The position numbers were made by a program, and so were the translations under genes. A DNA stretch of 64,000 bases, taken from positions 165,778-229,777 of the forward strand of contig JBNGIO010006342.1 in NCBI GenBank assembly GCA_049999805.1. Reading direction: 5' to 3'. The notes under the pieces are model-generated. The model was not told the origin of the DNA, ran no database searches, and saw only the letters and a program-made list of their open reading frames with translations. The stretch comes from Folioceros fuciformis (taxonomy: Eukaryota). How positions within the stretch are numbered: the first letter of the stretch is position 1; each line of letters starts with the position of its first letter. Below, one piece after another: positions 26,134 to 36,718 of the stretch.

Positions 26134-26352
26134 TTCGAAGCTCCCGTAACTAGATTTGGAATGAGTTATTTTTTATAAATATAGTATAATTTGGAGTATG
26201 GGAAGCCCTGAATATTACTGGACTGTGGTGTGTGGCATGTTGTCTATATTCAAAAGTGAAGAGGACCGGCGAGTTCCCAGTAGAATACGTAGCCTGTTGC
26301 CCAACAGAGGCTGTGGAATGTGACTGGATAATGTGAAGGAGTGTGGATCGAT

Positions 26353-28224
26353 ATGGCTGGGACGGTGACGTCCCTGCAACTGCTCTGGTGCTGCTCTCCG
26401 CTTCCCCTGCGGCTCTGCAAATCCAGAGATGCAGCGCCGTTTTCTCGCCGGAGAGTGGTGTTGCCGCCGGCGGTGAAAGCAGCCTCTGCTACACCAGCAT
26501 TGCCTCTGAGGGGTTGGAGTCCTGCCCGGGCGCTGCAGACGCGGTCGGAGAGCAAGGGAGAGGCCGAGGATGCGGAGGAAACCCGGAGATGCTTGCAGGA
26601 GCTTGCGGTTAGCCACCTCTTCTGGTCTTGTCGGTTTTGTGCTGTAGATTCTTCCCTCTGTGGTGAGCCGAAATGTGGCTGCCAGGGATTTGACTTGCGT
26701 TGGATTGGCGTGCTTGGGACGGGGTCTTGAGAGCCGCTTTCCTGGATTTGCGCAGGATGCGTTGTCCCTTCCTCCGAGGTTCTTGGCTGAGCTTCCCAGT
26801 GACATTCGAGTTGATGTAAGCTGCCGTGGTTTTGTTCGACGGAAATGCGGGCGTTTGGTGTTTGTTCGGGTTTCTGACTGTACGCTGCTTTCTCGTGTTT
26901 CTCAGCTGAAGGACGCAGCCTTTGCTTTGTCAAGTGGCGCCGTGAGCAGAGAGGTCGGTTGTGGCTGTTCTTGGAAATTGTGCTGGCTCCAATTGGATTC
27001 TTGTCGGAGTAGGATGCTGATGTCTGACGTGCCTGCTGGCCAGTGTGGAGAGCGGGTAGGGGAAGTGCTGCTGCAAGTAGCACAGGCTTGGGAATCTGGG
27101 GACACACAGTCTCTGGAGACTGTTGCTAAATCCATCCCTTCGTTGCAACAGGATCTGCCCGAGAGCTCCAAAGCCGGTCAGTTACTTTCTCGTATGCTCG
27201 GTTGTGGGCAAGGCAAAGCCTGTTGTGTGGCCTTGGCTCACACATGGTTTGCCTGTAGACCTTGGCAAAAGATTGATTGATGCAGGAAGGCGATTCAAGT
27301 CAACAGGGCAGTTTGGAGGGGGTGAATTATTGAAGGTGCGAGAACTTGGAATCTCAACCTTCAGGGGTTCTAAGCAGTTAGCTTCTTGTTGGAGGCAGGG
27401 CAGGCTGTTTGGTTTTTGTGGTAAACAGAATGTTGGTTGGAAGCTGAGACAAATAGCATGTGCACGAAGACTGGATTGTGCGTGCACTGATACCTGGTTC
27501 TGTTTCTGGAACAGTTTGGCTTTCAAAATTGTGTGTGGAGGAAGTTGGTGCTCAACTTGTAAAGTTGGCTACTTTGACTGGTGTTGCTACAGATCGGCAA
27601 CGCGTTGATCGCAGCGGGGGAGGCAGTTGCTGCAGGCAGCAAGCCCGTTGAGACCACCACTGCCGTGAGCTCTGCCAAGGTCTTTAAGGTAACCTTCTCC
27701 ACTTAAGTTTTCAGGTCATCATCGCTGACGTCGACGAATCAACTGGCATGCTGAGGTTTTCGGTTCCTGGTTGCAGTTTGGCAGCCTGCAAGTGGAGTTT
27801 TCGTCTGGCCGAGCTTTCACAGGCGCTGCTATTGCGCTAGCCTTTGGGTATCTGCTGCCCTCCTCTATGGACTTCGTGATCGGATTGCGTGAGTCTTGAT
27901 GTGTGCCAACTGTTCACGATGCTCGTTTGTATGTTGTCTGTCAGGTTGCTTTCTTGGCAGCTTACACAAGCACTTCAAATCATAGACAACACAGCAAATT
28001 ATGCTAACGACAACGCCATCATGGTTGCCACTGTAAGAAACCACTCTTCTCTCAAAGAACGTGAACCCTCCCTAGCATGTTCGCTAACTGCTCTCCTGGG
28101 GGCATACACGCAGTCTCTGAGAGGAGCACTTCTGGCTCTTGGTTACGCAAGCAGCCTTCTATCAGCCTTCTCCATGGTGGGCTTAATCGCCCTCGGCGTC
28201 CAGCTTCGATCAGACGGAAAGTAG
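26353..28224 (+). CDS. Multi-exon conserved plant membrane protein of unknown function, probably plastid-targeted
   Basis: Transit-peptide-like N-terminus. Exon peptides SSGAVSRE, GRRFKSTGQFGGGELLK, FGSLQVEF..GAAIALAFG, LSWQLTQALQ..YANDNA, SLRGALLALGYASSLLSAF..GLIALGVQL* bounded by GT-AG sites. From memory it resembles the AT5G37360 family; unverified. Confidence 0.65.
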
Positions 28225-28515
28225 CATGATGCACATTAGTCTGCCAAGTGGCTTATGGTTGTGGAACTGGGGTTAGAGATACCTCATTATGGAATGTTGG
28301 ACGCGTGGATGTTCCTGCATGGAAAGCCACCGCACTCGCGAACTTATCCTTCGCACCGTGTGTAATTTTTTACTGACGCCAAACACATACTAGCAACCCA
28401 GGAGGGCGAGTATCCTGACGTCAGGCAATTTCGCAGCAGTGGCTGTGAAATTGGTGCTCGGTCTGAGACTCGTCGAATCTCTCGGACGGGGAAAACATTG
28501 CCAGTTGGCGTCAAG

Positions 28516-30071
28516 ATGGTGTCGATGGGCCTGAGTCAGATGGTCACGAACCTGATTGGATATAGCTTGGCTTGCGTCTTGTTGATGATCTTCCCTTTAG
28601 TGTTGCCAACAGTGCTTGTTTTGAGAAAGTTGAGGAGTCTGCTTGTGAGACCATCCAAAATCGAGAACAACGTGGTGTTGGTTACAGGAGCATCATCAGG
28701 AATTGGCAGGGTAAGGTGTATGTTTGTGCATGTTGTAGCTCAGCAGCATTGCATGAAGCACCTGTGTTGACGCGCCTGGCGCGTCTGGTGTCATATTGCT
28801 CAAATGCTCTTTCAATTAGAGTAGTGCTTGGCGCTGGAGTATGCGAGGCGAGGAGCAAAATTGGTGTTGGCTGCTAGGCGGGAGAACAGGCTACGAGAGG
28901 TTGCTCATGAGTGCATGCAAAATGGAGCAAGGAGCGCAGAGGTGTGCAGAGCTGACATATCCAAGCCCGAGGACTGCAAGCGTGTTGTTGATTTTGCTGT
29001 TGAGACTTTTGGTCGCTGTAAGTTCACCGTTGCTTTAGTGTGCTTTGTAGGCTTACATTCTGGAATGACAATTGCGTTGATGAATTCATCATATGATGGA
29101 CACTAATCCGCGACCTGTGCAGTGGATGTGTTGGTGAACAACGCTGGCTCAGCCAAGAGTGGTCTATTCGAAGAGTACACCGACACAAGCGAGTTCAAAG
29201 AGACTATGGTGAGCTCAAATGTATGCAATGCTGGCTGAAAAGGAAAACTAAAGTCCTGAAGGGAAGACAGAGATCAAATGTTGAGGGCTTGGCCTGTCAG
29301 GATGTGGATTTCTGGGGGAATGTGCTTCCGACTTTCTACGCGCTGGAGCACCTCCGAAGAACCAATGGCCAGGTTGTGGTGACCGACTCAGTGGGAGCCT
29401 ACGTTCCGTACCCCCGACAGGCCATGTACAATGTAACCTCCATCTTCTAACCTTGCTTTGCCTAGCGTTGTCCGCTTGACAGGCTTTCTCTGAAAGTTTG
29501 GTTTTCTGCGACTTGTCCCCACCATCTCACATGGCAGGCGGCAAAGGCATCTATCTTGGAGTTCTATGACACAGTGCGGACCGAGCCCATCGGAGAGAGA
29601 GTAACAATAACACTTGCCATGCCAGGCTTTGTCCAGTCCGAGATGACCTTGGGAGGACCCCCGGTAAACCACCCATTGGATGCCATGTCCCTGCTTTCCT
29701 TCGTGGAATTCTCCACCCGTGCTTTTCCACCACCTCTCTTGTGAATGTGCATGACGTGGATGTGCATGCTTCTGCAGGGACACATCCCCCAGTATTGGCC
29801 TATGCTGCCTACAGAGGCTGCTGCGAAGCGGATCGTGGATGCAGCACAGTATCGAGCACGATACCACATCGTCCCGTTTTGGTACTGGACTTGGCTCCCA
29901 TACCGGCTACTTGCCCCCATGTTCCTGGAGTGGCCCCCGAGAATGTTACTGTTAGGTCAACCTCCAAATACTGTTGTGGCCAAGGTTGCCAAACTGCTGC
30001 TGGGAGAGGATGGGTCACAAAAACTATTCCACTTCTTGACTGGCGTCAGTGGAGGGCCACTAGAAACCTAG
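28516..30071 (+). CDS. 11-beta-hydroxysteroid dehydrogenase-like (HSD/steroleosin-type) short-chain dehydrogenase, multi-exon
   Basis: N-terminal hydrophobic anchor; VVLVTGASSGIG; ALEYARRGAKLVLAARRE; DVLVNNAG; DVDFWGNV.PT; YNAAK catalytic YxxxK split across an intron; FYDTVRTE..ITLAMPGFVQSEMT. Confidence 0.88.
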
Positions 30072-30834
30072 CTCCCACGAACCAACTTGCAGATGTGGAT
30101 CGGGTGTGGTTCCATCTCCGACCCCTCATCTGCTTCCATTTCCTTCTCTTTCAAGATTGGACTCCTAGTTGCCCATGTGGCCCGCACAATCGTAGGCAGC
30201 AAAAAGCAACATCCTGATGCGTATAGTACGAAGCGTATTTAGGACGCAGGGAGCCAAGTTCTGACAGCGAATCGCAACTTGCGGTTGAAGCGATCGTGCA
30301 CTGGAACGGAAACAGCATACGGGGTCCCTGAATGGAAGGATGTCCTTTGGAGCAAGGTCTACTATACCAAGTCCCAAGACCAGAGAATATTTATGTGAAG
30401 ATATTCAAAGTCATCCCGTCCTTTTTGTTTTTTTAATAACGGTTGCAAGGGGAAGGATGGAAGGAAGGAATGCAGGCAGGCGGCAGGAAAGAGGGCAAGA
30501 CGAAGCCGGCCGGCAGAAGCCTTGAGTAGGTCAGTCTACTCGTCTTCTCCCTTGACACGGTCTTGACGCAGCTCTGCTCTGGGGTATCAAAGATGGGGCT
30601 CTCCGTCTTATAACACTGCTGGCCAGAGCATTCTGCAGCAGCTGTTCCTATCCTGTCCGCACTTCGACTTTGTGTGTGGAGGTTCGGATCCGAGGACCTG
30701 AGCATTCGGTCCCTTCTCTTTGTACCCTTGATCGTGTCCAGGGTCCTGGTCTGTGGTGAGGGTGTGGGTGGAGGAGGTGTATTGTGCGTGACGGCGGTGG
30801 ATTTTGGGTTCCGGTGAGCCTGCAGGAGAAGACA

Positions 30835-32364
30835 ATGAGTATCTCGGAGAGCACCAGGATGGCGGTGGCCCGGCAACGAGCTGCGGCGAGGGGGCATCGG
30901 GTTTCGTCGAATCCCTTCTCGGATGATGAGGACTCTACCACCTCCGGCTCCTCGCTCACTTCCCGCTCTTCTAATCCGTTTGATGACGAGGTGGCGTCGC
31001 ACAGCCGCGTTTCCGATGCCAGGAGACGGGAGAGGGCCTTGCGCCCGACGCAGGATAAGGTTTTGTCAGGGTCTGTGCTTGGTGCGTCTAACAATCCTTT
31101 CGATGAACCCGAGGTTTCTAAGGGGTCCAGAGGGAGCAGGTCGCAGGAATCTTCCAGGCGGGCTAGGGCGCCCTCTGGAAATCCGTTTGATGATGATGAT
31201 GCTGGGGAGACTAGAGGATCGGGATCTGGAAGTGAGAGGCACGCGAGGTCGAAGCCGGAGTCGCGGCGGGGGTCTGCGGGGAATCCTTTCGACGATGATG
31301 CGCTTGTGGCCAAGGTGAGGAGCAAGCACAACAGTTTGAGTGCTATTGAGACGGGGTCTGGGAATCCGTTTGATGATGAATATCCGGTGCCGATCAAGGC
31401 TAAACATAACAGTTTGAGCGCGTTGGAGAGGGACTCCCTGTTTGCCAGTGAGGAGAAGCCTAGTAAGTCGCAAAGTTCCAGCAGGCGGAACAGTGGGGGG
31501 AGTGAACTGAGTGAGGACTCGGCAACGACGGAGAGGAGGTCCCGAAGGGGAGCGCAGATCAAAGAGAAGGTGGTTTCCATTTACTCTGAAAGTGTGGAGA
31601 AGGTAGCGGCTGTTGGGGAAAGTGTGTCTAATAAGCTGCAGAAGCCGAAGAAGAGTTCCAGTGGTCAGGAGGACCGGCGGCTGGACCGAAATGCGCTTCT
31701 GGATGGTAGTGCTCAGGCTCGCCCCCGTCCTGTTCCTACTCCGGTGCGTTATGGGGAGCAGGGGTTTGAAGGCCAGAGTGTGGAGCAGCTGCGTAGTTAT
31801 GCTCACGAGAAGTCCAGAGAGACAACATCAGCAATCGAAAATTGTTTGAGGGTTGCAGAGAACACGAAAGAAGTTGCCGCCAGCACTATGGCCCAGCTTC
31901 ATGATCAAGGAGAACAGATCCGCCGAACCCATGAGATGGCAGTCAAAGTGGACGAAGAACTCAGCACTGGAGAGAAGCTGCTGGGAAGCTTAGGAGGCAT
32001 GTTTTCCAGGACCTGGAAGCCTAAGAAGAATCATGCTATCCATGGCCCGACGGACGGTCCTACAAGTGACTACAGGCGCAAAAACTATCCGGAGCAGCGT
32101 GCTTCTCTTGTGCAGGGGGATAATGCCGGAAAACTTGCAAGCTCGCAAGCCCTGGAGCCGTGGGAGCAGGAAAAGTTGAGGCAGGATAAGGACCTGGATA
32201 AACTGAGCAACTTGCTTACTGGGTTGAAGGATATGTCAGAACAAATGGGTGCTGAGATCGGCAAGCAGAACAATAGCTTGGAGGGTCTTCAAACTGATGT
32301 TATTGAGTTGCACAACAGGGTGGAGCAATCCAACCGGCGTGGCCTGAAACTTTTGGGAAGATGA
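30835..32364 (+). CDS. SNAP25-type Qbc SNARE (SNAP33/SNAP29-like), intronless, with six NPF motifs in an extended N-terminus
   Basis: FEGQSVEQL..YAHEKSRETT..NCLRVAE..TMAQLHDQGEQIRRTH..GEKLLGSLGGMFSRTWKPKK; second SNARE helix QDKDLDKLSNLLTGLKDM..MGAEIGKQN..SNRRGLKLLGR. Confidence 0.92.
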   Translation: MSISESTRMAVARQRAAARGHRVSSNPFSDDEDSTTSGSSLTSRSSNPFDDEVASHSRVSDARRRERALRPTQDKVLSGSVLGASNNPFDEPEVSKGSRGSRSQESSRRARAPSGNPFDDDDAGETRGSGSGSERHARSKPESRRGSAGNPFDDDALVAKVRSKHNSLSAIETGSGNPFDDEYPVPIKAKHNSLSALERDSLFASEEKPSKSQSSSRRNSGGSELSEDSATTERRSRRGAQIKEKVVSIYSESVEKVAAVGESVSNKLQKPKKSSSGQEDRRLDRNALLDGSAQARPRPVPTPVRYGEQGFEGQSVEQLRSYAHEKSRETTSAIENCLRVAENTKEVAASTMAQLHDQGEQIRRTHEMAVKVDEELSTGEKLLGSLGGMFSRTWKPKKNHAIHGPTDGPTSDYRRKNYPEQRASLVQGDNAGKLASSQALEPWEQEKLRQDKDLDKLSNLLTGLKDMSEQMGAEIGKQNNSLEGLQTDVIELHNRVEQSNRRGLKLLGR

Positions 32365-32999
32365 CACATTATTTTCACTCCAGATGCCCTGGCTTGTGGC
32401 GACCTTGTGCGCAGCTCACGCGTACTTTCTTTTGGGACATGCAAGTGTAAAGACTGGCGTGATGTGATATATATATTACTCAGACTCAGCTTAGCGGTTA
32501 AGTTTTTCACCTCGCCACAGCCTGGTTGTCTTCACCATGGTGCTGTATGCCTGCCACCTTTCATTATCCTGCAGACGGAAGACTCGCCATTCAAATCCTT
32601 GGAAGGTCATGGTGTTGACGGAACTACAAGGAATTCTCCTGAAGCAGAAAATCCTCCGGCACGGACGGGATAGGATGAGGTTAAGGCCTCCATACTTGAT
32701 GGGTCAACTTTAGAGATGCAACGTGACGCTTTCATCGCTTGCCACCACTTGTGCTGAAGTGAATTTATCAACAGTGAAATGTAACTATCCTCTTGTCAAT
32801 AGCCTCCGTTATTGGTTCTAATAAGATCATAACTGCCTCGATCGTTCGAAACTCGCTCTCCTTCGGCCCCGGAAGAAAAGCATTTTCCTGTCAAACCGAT
32901 TCCGTGTCACTTTTGGAGATGGTCCTTGCTGTACTTTTCGTCTCCGTTGAACCTCTCGACGTGTTCACTCGGACTGAGCATTATGGATTCAATGGAGTT

Positions 33000-34330
33000 A
33001 AGGTGCGGGATGCGTAATGGCGATTTGCTTATAGAATGTCATATCCATACATGCCTCGCACATCGATTAGGGCACCTCTTCAACTCCACCATGCTATGGC
33101 GGGCACCTCTTCAACTCCATCATGCAGCGGCTATGGCGGGCACCTCTTCAACTCCATCATGCAGCGGCTATGGCGGGCACCTCTTCAACTCCACCATGCA
33201 GTTGCTATGGCGGGCACCTCTTCAACTCCACCATGCAGTTGCTATGGCGGGCACCTCTTCAACTCCACCATGCAGTTGCTATGGCGCTCCATCGGCTTGC
33301 TAGGGGGTTGCTATGGCGCTCCATCGGCTTGCTAGGGGGTTGCTATGGCGCTCCATCGGCTTGCTAGGGGGTTGCTATGGTGCTCCATCGGCTTGCTAGG
33401 GGGTTGCCACCTCATATTGTTGCAAATATGTATGGCGTAGGACGATGGAGCTTGCTAGGGGGTTGCCACCTCATATTGTTGCAAATATGTATGGCGTAGG
33501 AGCTATGGCGTAGGAGCTTTGACTGTGGCTCAATACACCATTATGATTTCAGATTATGATTTTAAAGATATGTAGTTATGAGGAAAAGTTATGGCTCAAT
33601 ACACCATTATGATTTCAGAGATATGGAGTTATGAGGAAAAGTTATTTTCCAAATTGGTTCATTGGCCTACAGGGATGGAACTAGAGCTAACAACTTCAAA
33701 GTTCAAGCAACTCACAGGTCTACCCAATATGGTTGGAGCTCAAGCAACTCACATCTCTACCCAATATGGTTGGAGCTTAAGCAACTCACACGTCTACCCA
33801 ATATGGTTGGAGCTATAGATGGTTCTCACATCAAGCTGACTACACAACCTAATCAGATAGATAACCCAGTTGCATATTAGTGTCGTCATGGTATTCACTT
33901 TGTTGTACTACAAGGCGTATGTGATGCTAACAAAAAATTCATCGATGTATGTTGCACTTATCTTGGTGGAGTTCATGATGCTACAATTCTTAGGGAGAGT
34001 AGCATATGGGAGAAGATGAAGACAGGTGTTATTTTAAGAGACCATATTCTACATATCGAGGATATTGAAATGACTCCATATATCTTAGGTGATAGTGCCT
34101 GCCCATTAATGCCTTTCCTCATGAAGATCGGACTAAAAAATATTTCAATCAGTCCTTAGAAGGGGTAGAGTGAAAGTGGAGAATGCTTTTGCCTTGTTGA
34201 AAAATAAGTGTCGTATTCTAAAGAATCTTAATGTGTGTTTGAAGTATGCTCCATAGGTCGTCATCGCTTGTTCCGCACTTCATAATTTTTGTATACAGGT
34301 TGGAGAGTTAGAAGCACGACAATATGATGA
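33000..34330 (+). mobile_element. Degenerate PIF/Harbinger transposase (DDE_Tnp_4) with internal tandem duplications
   Basis: VAMALHRLARG..VANMYGVG; LPNMVGAIDGSHI; VVLQGVCDANKKFIDV; GGVHDATILRES; YILGDSA; VKVENAFALLKNKCRIL. Confidence 0.85.
33070..33410 (+). repeat. Two abutting tandem arrays: ~6 x 37 bp, then 4 x 32 bp
   Basis: Unit gggcacctcttcaactccaccatgcagttgctatggc (33070-33285). Unit gctccatcggcttgctagggggttgctatggc (33286-33410). Confidence 0.95.
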
Positions 34331-34868
34331 AGACCCATTTCCACTACATGAAACTGAGTGTAATCATACTTGGGAAGCTCTTGCAAAGCGTCGGATGCAC
34401 AACATAGTAGTGATAGAACAAAATAAATTGTTTGAGTATTGGAAAAACAAAGGAACTGGTGATGTTTGAGGTTTAGTAGTAGCAAAGTTGTTTGTGGCAT
34501 ACAAACATGTTTGGAAACTTCGATATATGACTGCTTCAATTTCTATGGAAATTTATTTATTTGAAATTGCTATGAAAATTGTTCCATGAAGCTGAAACAA
34601 CCAAATATGAGAGCACACATAAAATAGATGTACCTACAAGCTACTGCCAGATGCACACATCCTTGACATGGAACGTACCACCAAATTCCACTACCTACCA
34701 ACTAACTTTCCACACCACAAGCACACGTGGAGAACATGCTATATGTTTGAGTGGGAAGAACTATATGTGCTTATGTCTCCTTGTCAAAGCACACTTTCAT
34801 CAGGCCATTGAAACCAAACATGCTACTTTCCTGAAGGGAATCTTCTTGCCAAGATAGTAGCAGCCTTC

Positions 34869-35830
34869 CTACCCTACATGGAGCCTCTTGCCTTCTTGGT
34901 AGGTAAGCAACTTGCCTGCCTTCTTTGATGGGCAAGCAACCTTGCATGGAGCCAACCTGCCTTGTCTGGAGTCTTGTTCACCTGTTGCCCTTCTCCCTTC
35001 CAAGTCTGTCACAAGTCCTAGGAGTTCATTTGTCATCGACATCCTACCTTTCTTGCCACTTCTACTATGTTCACCAAGGCCTCCTTCAGGTAACCCTGCA
35101 AGCATCGCTGTAATTTTCAGTTGGTCTTGCATTTGCAATTCATTTTGGCTGAGCTCATGCTGCAACATCAGTTGTTGCATGTGAAGTTGGTTTGCCATTT
35201 TGGCTGCTTCAATCTTTGCCAGACAATTAGCGAAAGATGATAAGCATTGCAATTTCCTTTCCCACTCCTGAAATAGAAGACCTTCTACACTTGACCTTTT
35301 ACATTGTACATGATCACTCATATTGTCTTGTTCTATAGTTCTTAGCTTACTTGGGGATTATGCATAGTGCTCCTCTATTGTCTCTTCAGCTTCGGAAGTG
35401 ACGTGATAGGGTGCATGTGGTGATTGTTCCAAATCAAATGAGTAAGTTCTACTCTTTGCAGCATCGGAAGGTGAGTTGGCAGTACCTTGTGACATCTTTG
35501 ACTTGCCAGGATCTAAGGCACCTGGAATCCCTTGGAATTTGGGGCTTTTGTCACAAAGGTCTGCCATCACATGGAAGTGAGGCCACGAGGAATTGATGCT
35601 TCCTATTGCTGTTTTTTGCTCCTTCTCCTTTCGGTACCGCTTCTTGAGATTTTCCATTTTCATCTTACACTTTTTTGCAGTCACACCAAGAAGGCCACAG
35701 TTGTTGCTAACTTCAGCAGCCACCTCACTCCAGTGTCTTGTAGTGAGATTACCTTGCTTGAGGTGCACCTAGTGCATCTCATGATAGGCCTCTATCAGAA
35801 CAGTTGTCGTGAAATTGTCAGCGTGCGTCC
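34869..35830 (-). pseudogene. Myb/SANT-like (trihelix, Myb_DNA-bind_4) partner gene of the Harbinger element
   Basis: VLIEAYHE..QGNLTTRHWSEVAAEV..TAKKCKMKMENLKKRYRKEK..SSWPHFHVM, followed by a Gln/Leu coiled coil. Convergent with the transposase, the usual two-gene Harbinger layout. Confidence 0.8.
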
Positions 35831-36086
35831 TGTTCCTATAACTGGTGCACTGATCAGCAGCTCACACACCTTCTATCTGCCTACACACCAAGACTGAGCA
35901 TTCAGCTCACCTTCCTAGCATCCTCAGATGTTGCCCACTGGCTGGCAGTGTCCTCATAGCGTCCTCACAAAAGCAGTGATAATGAAGAAAAATGGATTTA
36001 TCCTAATTCCCCCCCCCAGCTGGGTGCTAGGGAGACCACAACTGCATGAGTTGCGTTCAATGAGCTTACGTGAAGCAACTTACCCT

Positions 36087-36441
36087 TCAGGTAGAAGAGT
36101 GTCCCCACTCTACTTGTCCATTGCATCGAGGGCAGAACCACACATTGTCAGGCACTTCAGTCAGCGGCGGCTGTAAGCAGAATAGATGAAACCCACCATT
36201 ACAGTGATCACACAGCAACATTAGTTCTGGATCATCGATCCTTTGACAAATCTAACAAGGGTAGTCTATTGGGGAAACCCAGTTTGCTGTTATGATCGTT
36301 GGATCCAAGGTGGGCAAGTGATAGGGGGTGCAATTCTTCATGTGATCTATAATTGTGTGCCCGTCTGCCCCCTCCAAGACCAACACGCCGTTGCTTTGGA
36401 CTTCCTTCACTCGTAAAACGTGCCTACCGGTGCTTGGCTCC
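36087..36441 (-). pseudogene. Integrase C-terminus plus PHD finger of the gypsy element
   Basis: EPSTGRHVLRVKEV..LEGADG..DYPC*ICQRIDDPELMLLCDHCNGGFHLFCLQPPLTEVPDNVWFCPRC (C4-H-C3, 36123-36257). In frame with the integrase once copia-2 is removed. Confidence 0.9.
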
Positions 36442-36718
36442 TGTAGGATCACTAGAGAAGCATGGTGGAGGAGAGGAGAAGAGGAGGCAGAGAGGAGAGG
36501 AGAAAAAGAGGTCACATTGAGAGTGTTTGGCAAGGGAGCTCAAGGGGGTATTTATACCCTCTAGAAGAGCTCCCTAAGAAGCTTCACAAGAAGCTCACTG
36601 GAAGCTGCGCAAGAAGCTTCCTACAGATTAGCTTAAGCTAATCTAAACTAATGATACTTAACTAGACACTAATCTTAGACTAAACACATTAGCCTAAGCA
36701 CATTGGGCTTTAATAACC

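Noticed and set aside
30433-31806. Long antisense ORFs (310, 246 and 189 aa)
   Set aside because: Shadows of the GC-rich SNARE coding strand.
33070-33410. CRISPR-like regular repeats
   Set aside because: Head-to-tail units with no unique spacers, in a eukaryotic context, and derived from transposase sequence.
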